Assembly (NCBI GenBank): GCA_900314465.1
Contig: OMVK01000017.1
Span: 1 to 57,600, forward strand
Reading direction: 5' to 3'
Source: an uncultured bacterium
GTDB lineage: Bacteria > Bacillota_I > Bacilli_A > RF39 > UBA660
Length of the DNA stretch: 57,600 nt
The notes beneath the pieces are model-generated. The model was given only the letters and a program-made list of their open reading frames with translations. It did no database searches and was not told where the DNA came from. A program made the position numbers and the translations under genes. This document shows, one piece after another, positions 55,576-57,600 of this stretch (its first letter is position 1; each line of letters opens with the position of its first letter).

Positions 55576-57501
55576 CTATTTCATTTTATTATTAATATAA
55601 TCAATAATTATCTTAACAACATTATCATTACCTATAGATGCATCTATACATAAATCATAATTCTTTTTATCTCCCCATTTTTGATTAGTAACAAGTTCAT
55701 AATATTTAGATCTGGATTTATCAGATTTCTGCATATTACTAATAGCTGATTTTCTACTATCATGATAATTATGCATAATATTTTTAATACGATAATCATC
55801 ACTTGCATATATAAATATACTAATTAGATTCCTATTATCTTTTAATATATAATCAGATGCTCTACCTACGATAACACATGAATTATTTAAAGCTATATCT
55901 TTAATAACATTAGTAGTATTAATAATACTATCTTTAGATACATCTAATGATAAGAAATTATCATACATATCTATATCATTAGATACTAAATTATTCTTAA
56001 TCGCATATTCTTTTATTTCTTCTTTATCATAAAATTTAATATTAAGTTTATTAGCTACTAACTTACCTATTTCTTTACCATTAGTACCATGTTCTCTTGA
56101 TATAGATATAATTAAATTATTATATGTATTTTTATTTTTAATAGTACTTATAGATTCTTTATAAGATTTCTTATATAGATAATAAGCTATTATAGATGTT
56201 AATATTTCACTTATTGGAAAAGTAAACCACACTAAATTTGTTACATTATCAGATAAAGTAAATAAGTATGCAATTGGAAATACAAATATTACTAATCTAA
56301 ATAAAGATATTAATAATGGTCTTAATGCATATCTTAGTGCTTGTAATACACCTTGAATACTTACACTTAATCCCATAAATATATAACCAATAGATGATAT
56401 TCTAATAGCTTTAGTACATACATCAATTATTTCAGTAGATGAACCACCTGATAAACCAAATAATCTTGCTAAATTAGGTGCAAATATTTCAAAGATAATA
56501 GTTATTATTAATGTAACTATTAAAGTATCTTTAATACCATATTTAATAGTATCATCAATTCTTTTTCTATCTTTCATACCATAATTAAAAGATAATATAG
56601 ATATAATAGCATTAGATAAACCAAAAGCACTAAATAAAGCTATTTGTTGTATTTTATAATATATACCAAATGAACCAACTAAGATAGATGAGTTAGCATT
56701 AGCATTACCTAAGATTAAGTTCATACCAGCCATCATAACTGAAAGTAAAGCTTGCATTAAAAAAGCAGATAAACCTATTTGATATATTTCTTTTATAATT
56801 TCTTTATCAGGTTTAATATCACTTAAACTATGTTTAATTTCACTATTTTTTGTATAATGAAATATCATTCCTAATATTAATGATGCAAACTGACCAATAA
56901 TTGTTGCCCATGCTGCACCTGAAACACCCATATTTAATGGATAAATAAAAATATAATCAAGTAAAACATTTAAAAGTGCACCAGTTATCTGAGCAATTGT
57001 CGAATAATTAGTCTTACCTGTTGCTTGTAAAAATCTTTCATAAACAGTATAAGCAATAGAACCAAAAGAAAATATTGTAACTATCTTTAAATAACTAGTA
57101 CCATATTCGATAACTTTACTATCTGATACAAATAATTTAATAAATGGTTCTGCTAAGAATATACCAAATAAGAAAAATATCAAAAAGATAACAATACTTA
57201 AAAATATACCATTACCAGCTACTTTATTAACTTTCCCTTTATTACCTTCACCTAAGTTTTTAGATAAAAGTGAATTAATACCAATACCAGTACCTACACC
57301 TAATGCTATCATTAATATTTGTATTGGAAAAGCTATAGTTAATGCTTGATTAGCAATAATACCATCACTCCCAATATTAGTTACAAATATACTATCTATA
57401 ACATTATATAATGCTTGTAATACCATTGATATTACCATAGGAAGACCCATTTCCCAAATTAACTTATTAAGTGGTTTAACACCCATTTTATTCTCTTTCA
57501 T
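55576..57501 (-). CDS. MATE family efflux transporter fused to a C-terminal cytidylate-kinase-like (Cytidylate_kin2-type) domain
   Basis: ATG at 57499-57501 with GGAGAG upstream. 12-TM MATE body (LPMVISMVLQALYNVIDSIFV...). From about residue 460 a soluble domain: LIISISREHGTNGKEIGKLVANKLNIKFYDKEEI...VIVGRASDYIL...ISIFIYA. Confidence 0.8.
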   Translation of the reverse strand: MKENKMGVKPLNKLIWEMGLPMVISMVLQALYNVIDSIFVTNIGSDGIIANQALTIAFPIQILMIALGVGTGIGINSLLSKNLGEGNKGKVNKVAGNGIFLSIVIFLIFFLFGIFLAEPFIKLFVSDSKVIEYGTSYLKIVTIFSFGSIAYTVYERFLQATGKTNYSTIAQITGALLNVLLDYIFIYPLNMGVSGAAWATIIGQFASLILGMIFHYTKNSEIKHSLSDIKPDKEIIKEIYQIGLSAFLMQALLSVMMAGMNLILGNANANSSILVGSFGIYYKIQQIALFSAFGLSNAIISILSFNYGMKDRKRIDDTIKYGIKDTLIVTLIITIIFEIFAPNLARLFGLSGGSSTEIIDVCTKAIRISSIGYIFMGLSVSIQGVLQALRYALRPLLISLFRLVIFVFPIAYLFTLSDNVTNLVWFTFPISEILTSIIAYYLYKKSYKESISTIKNKNTYNNLIISISREHGTNGKEIGKLVANKLNIKFYDKEEIKEYAIKNNLVSNDIDMYDNFLSLDVSKDSIINTTNVIKDIALNNSCVIVGRASDYILKDNRNLISIFIYASDDYRIKNIMHNYHDSRKSAISNMQKSDKSRSKYYELVTNQKWGDKKNYDLCIDASIGNDNVVKIIIDYINNKMK

Positions 57502-57526
57502 AAACACTCTCCTTTATGTATAAGCA

Positions 57527-57564
57527 AATAAAAAGACGCAAATCCAAGTTGGACTTACGCCTTT
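57527..57564 (-). terminator. Rho-independent terminator of the gene upstream of the window edge
   Basis: Minus strand GGCGUAAGUCCA-AACU-UGGAUUUGCGUC (three G-U pairs) followed by U-run (plus-strand A-run 57529-57534). Confidence 0.55.
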
Positions 57565-57600
57565 TATAGCTACACACTAAAAAGAATTTTAGCACTTAAA

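Overview
This is a very AT-rich chromosomal core segment (by eye well under 30% GC, not computed) from a walled, low-GC Bacillota-type bacterium. Evidence for a cell wall: uppP, a glucosaminidase and a sortase-type sorting signal. The standard code 11 applies, because TGA, TAA and TAG all terminate conserved genes. About 90% of genes lie on the minus strand. I saw no rRNA, tRNA, CRISPR array, transposase, integrase or recognisable defence or toxin-antitoxin genes.

Gene content, left to right:
- A helical-repeat (mTERF-like) protein pair.
- A uppP / YnbB-like / esterase operon.
- A stand-alone SGDEF diguanylate-cyclase-like gene.
- A tail-less SSB, an orphan sufB and a PLC-like hydrolase.
- A DUF2207-like protein, a prepilin peptidase and a PilC/ComGB-like platform protein, with no secretion ATPase nearby.
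- The complete S10-spc-alpha ribosomal cluster, rpsJ to rplQ (26499 down to 12479). It has 29 genes including secY, adk, map, infA and a hand-found rpmJ; rpmD is absent.
- A GtrB-like GT2, a glucosaminidase and an SPKTG-anchored surface protein with Cys-rich repeats.
- pnp-rpsO, a PLC-like/HAD-nucleotidase fusion and a GNAT.
- A small decayed-looking segment.
- comEA-comEC.
- A disrupted gene of about 936 codons.
- An M16 peptidase pair and deoD.
- A Fur-family regulator with a metal-permease operon and palindromic operators.
- cdaA-cdaR, then a prepilin, gpmI and a phosphohexomutase.
- A cluster of membrane-anchored extracellular proteins.
- A MATE transporter fused to a cytidylate-kinase-like domain.

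I do not see a complete, obviously novel multi-gene system. The most unusual items are:
- The disrupted gene at 39080-41889, which has an in-frame TAA and an in-phase A_AAA_AAG -1 slippery heptamer.
- A prepilin with a CBM5/12-like motif inserted into the cdaA operon neighbourhood.
- The ATPase-less pilC-pilD-DUF2207 unit.
- The MATE/kinase-like fusion.
- The mTERF-like pair.

All family calls come from motif recognition by eye and need HMM confirmation.
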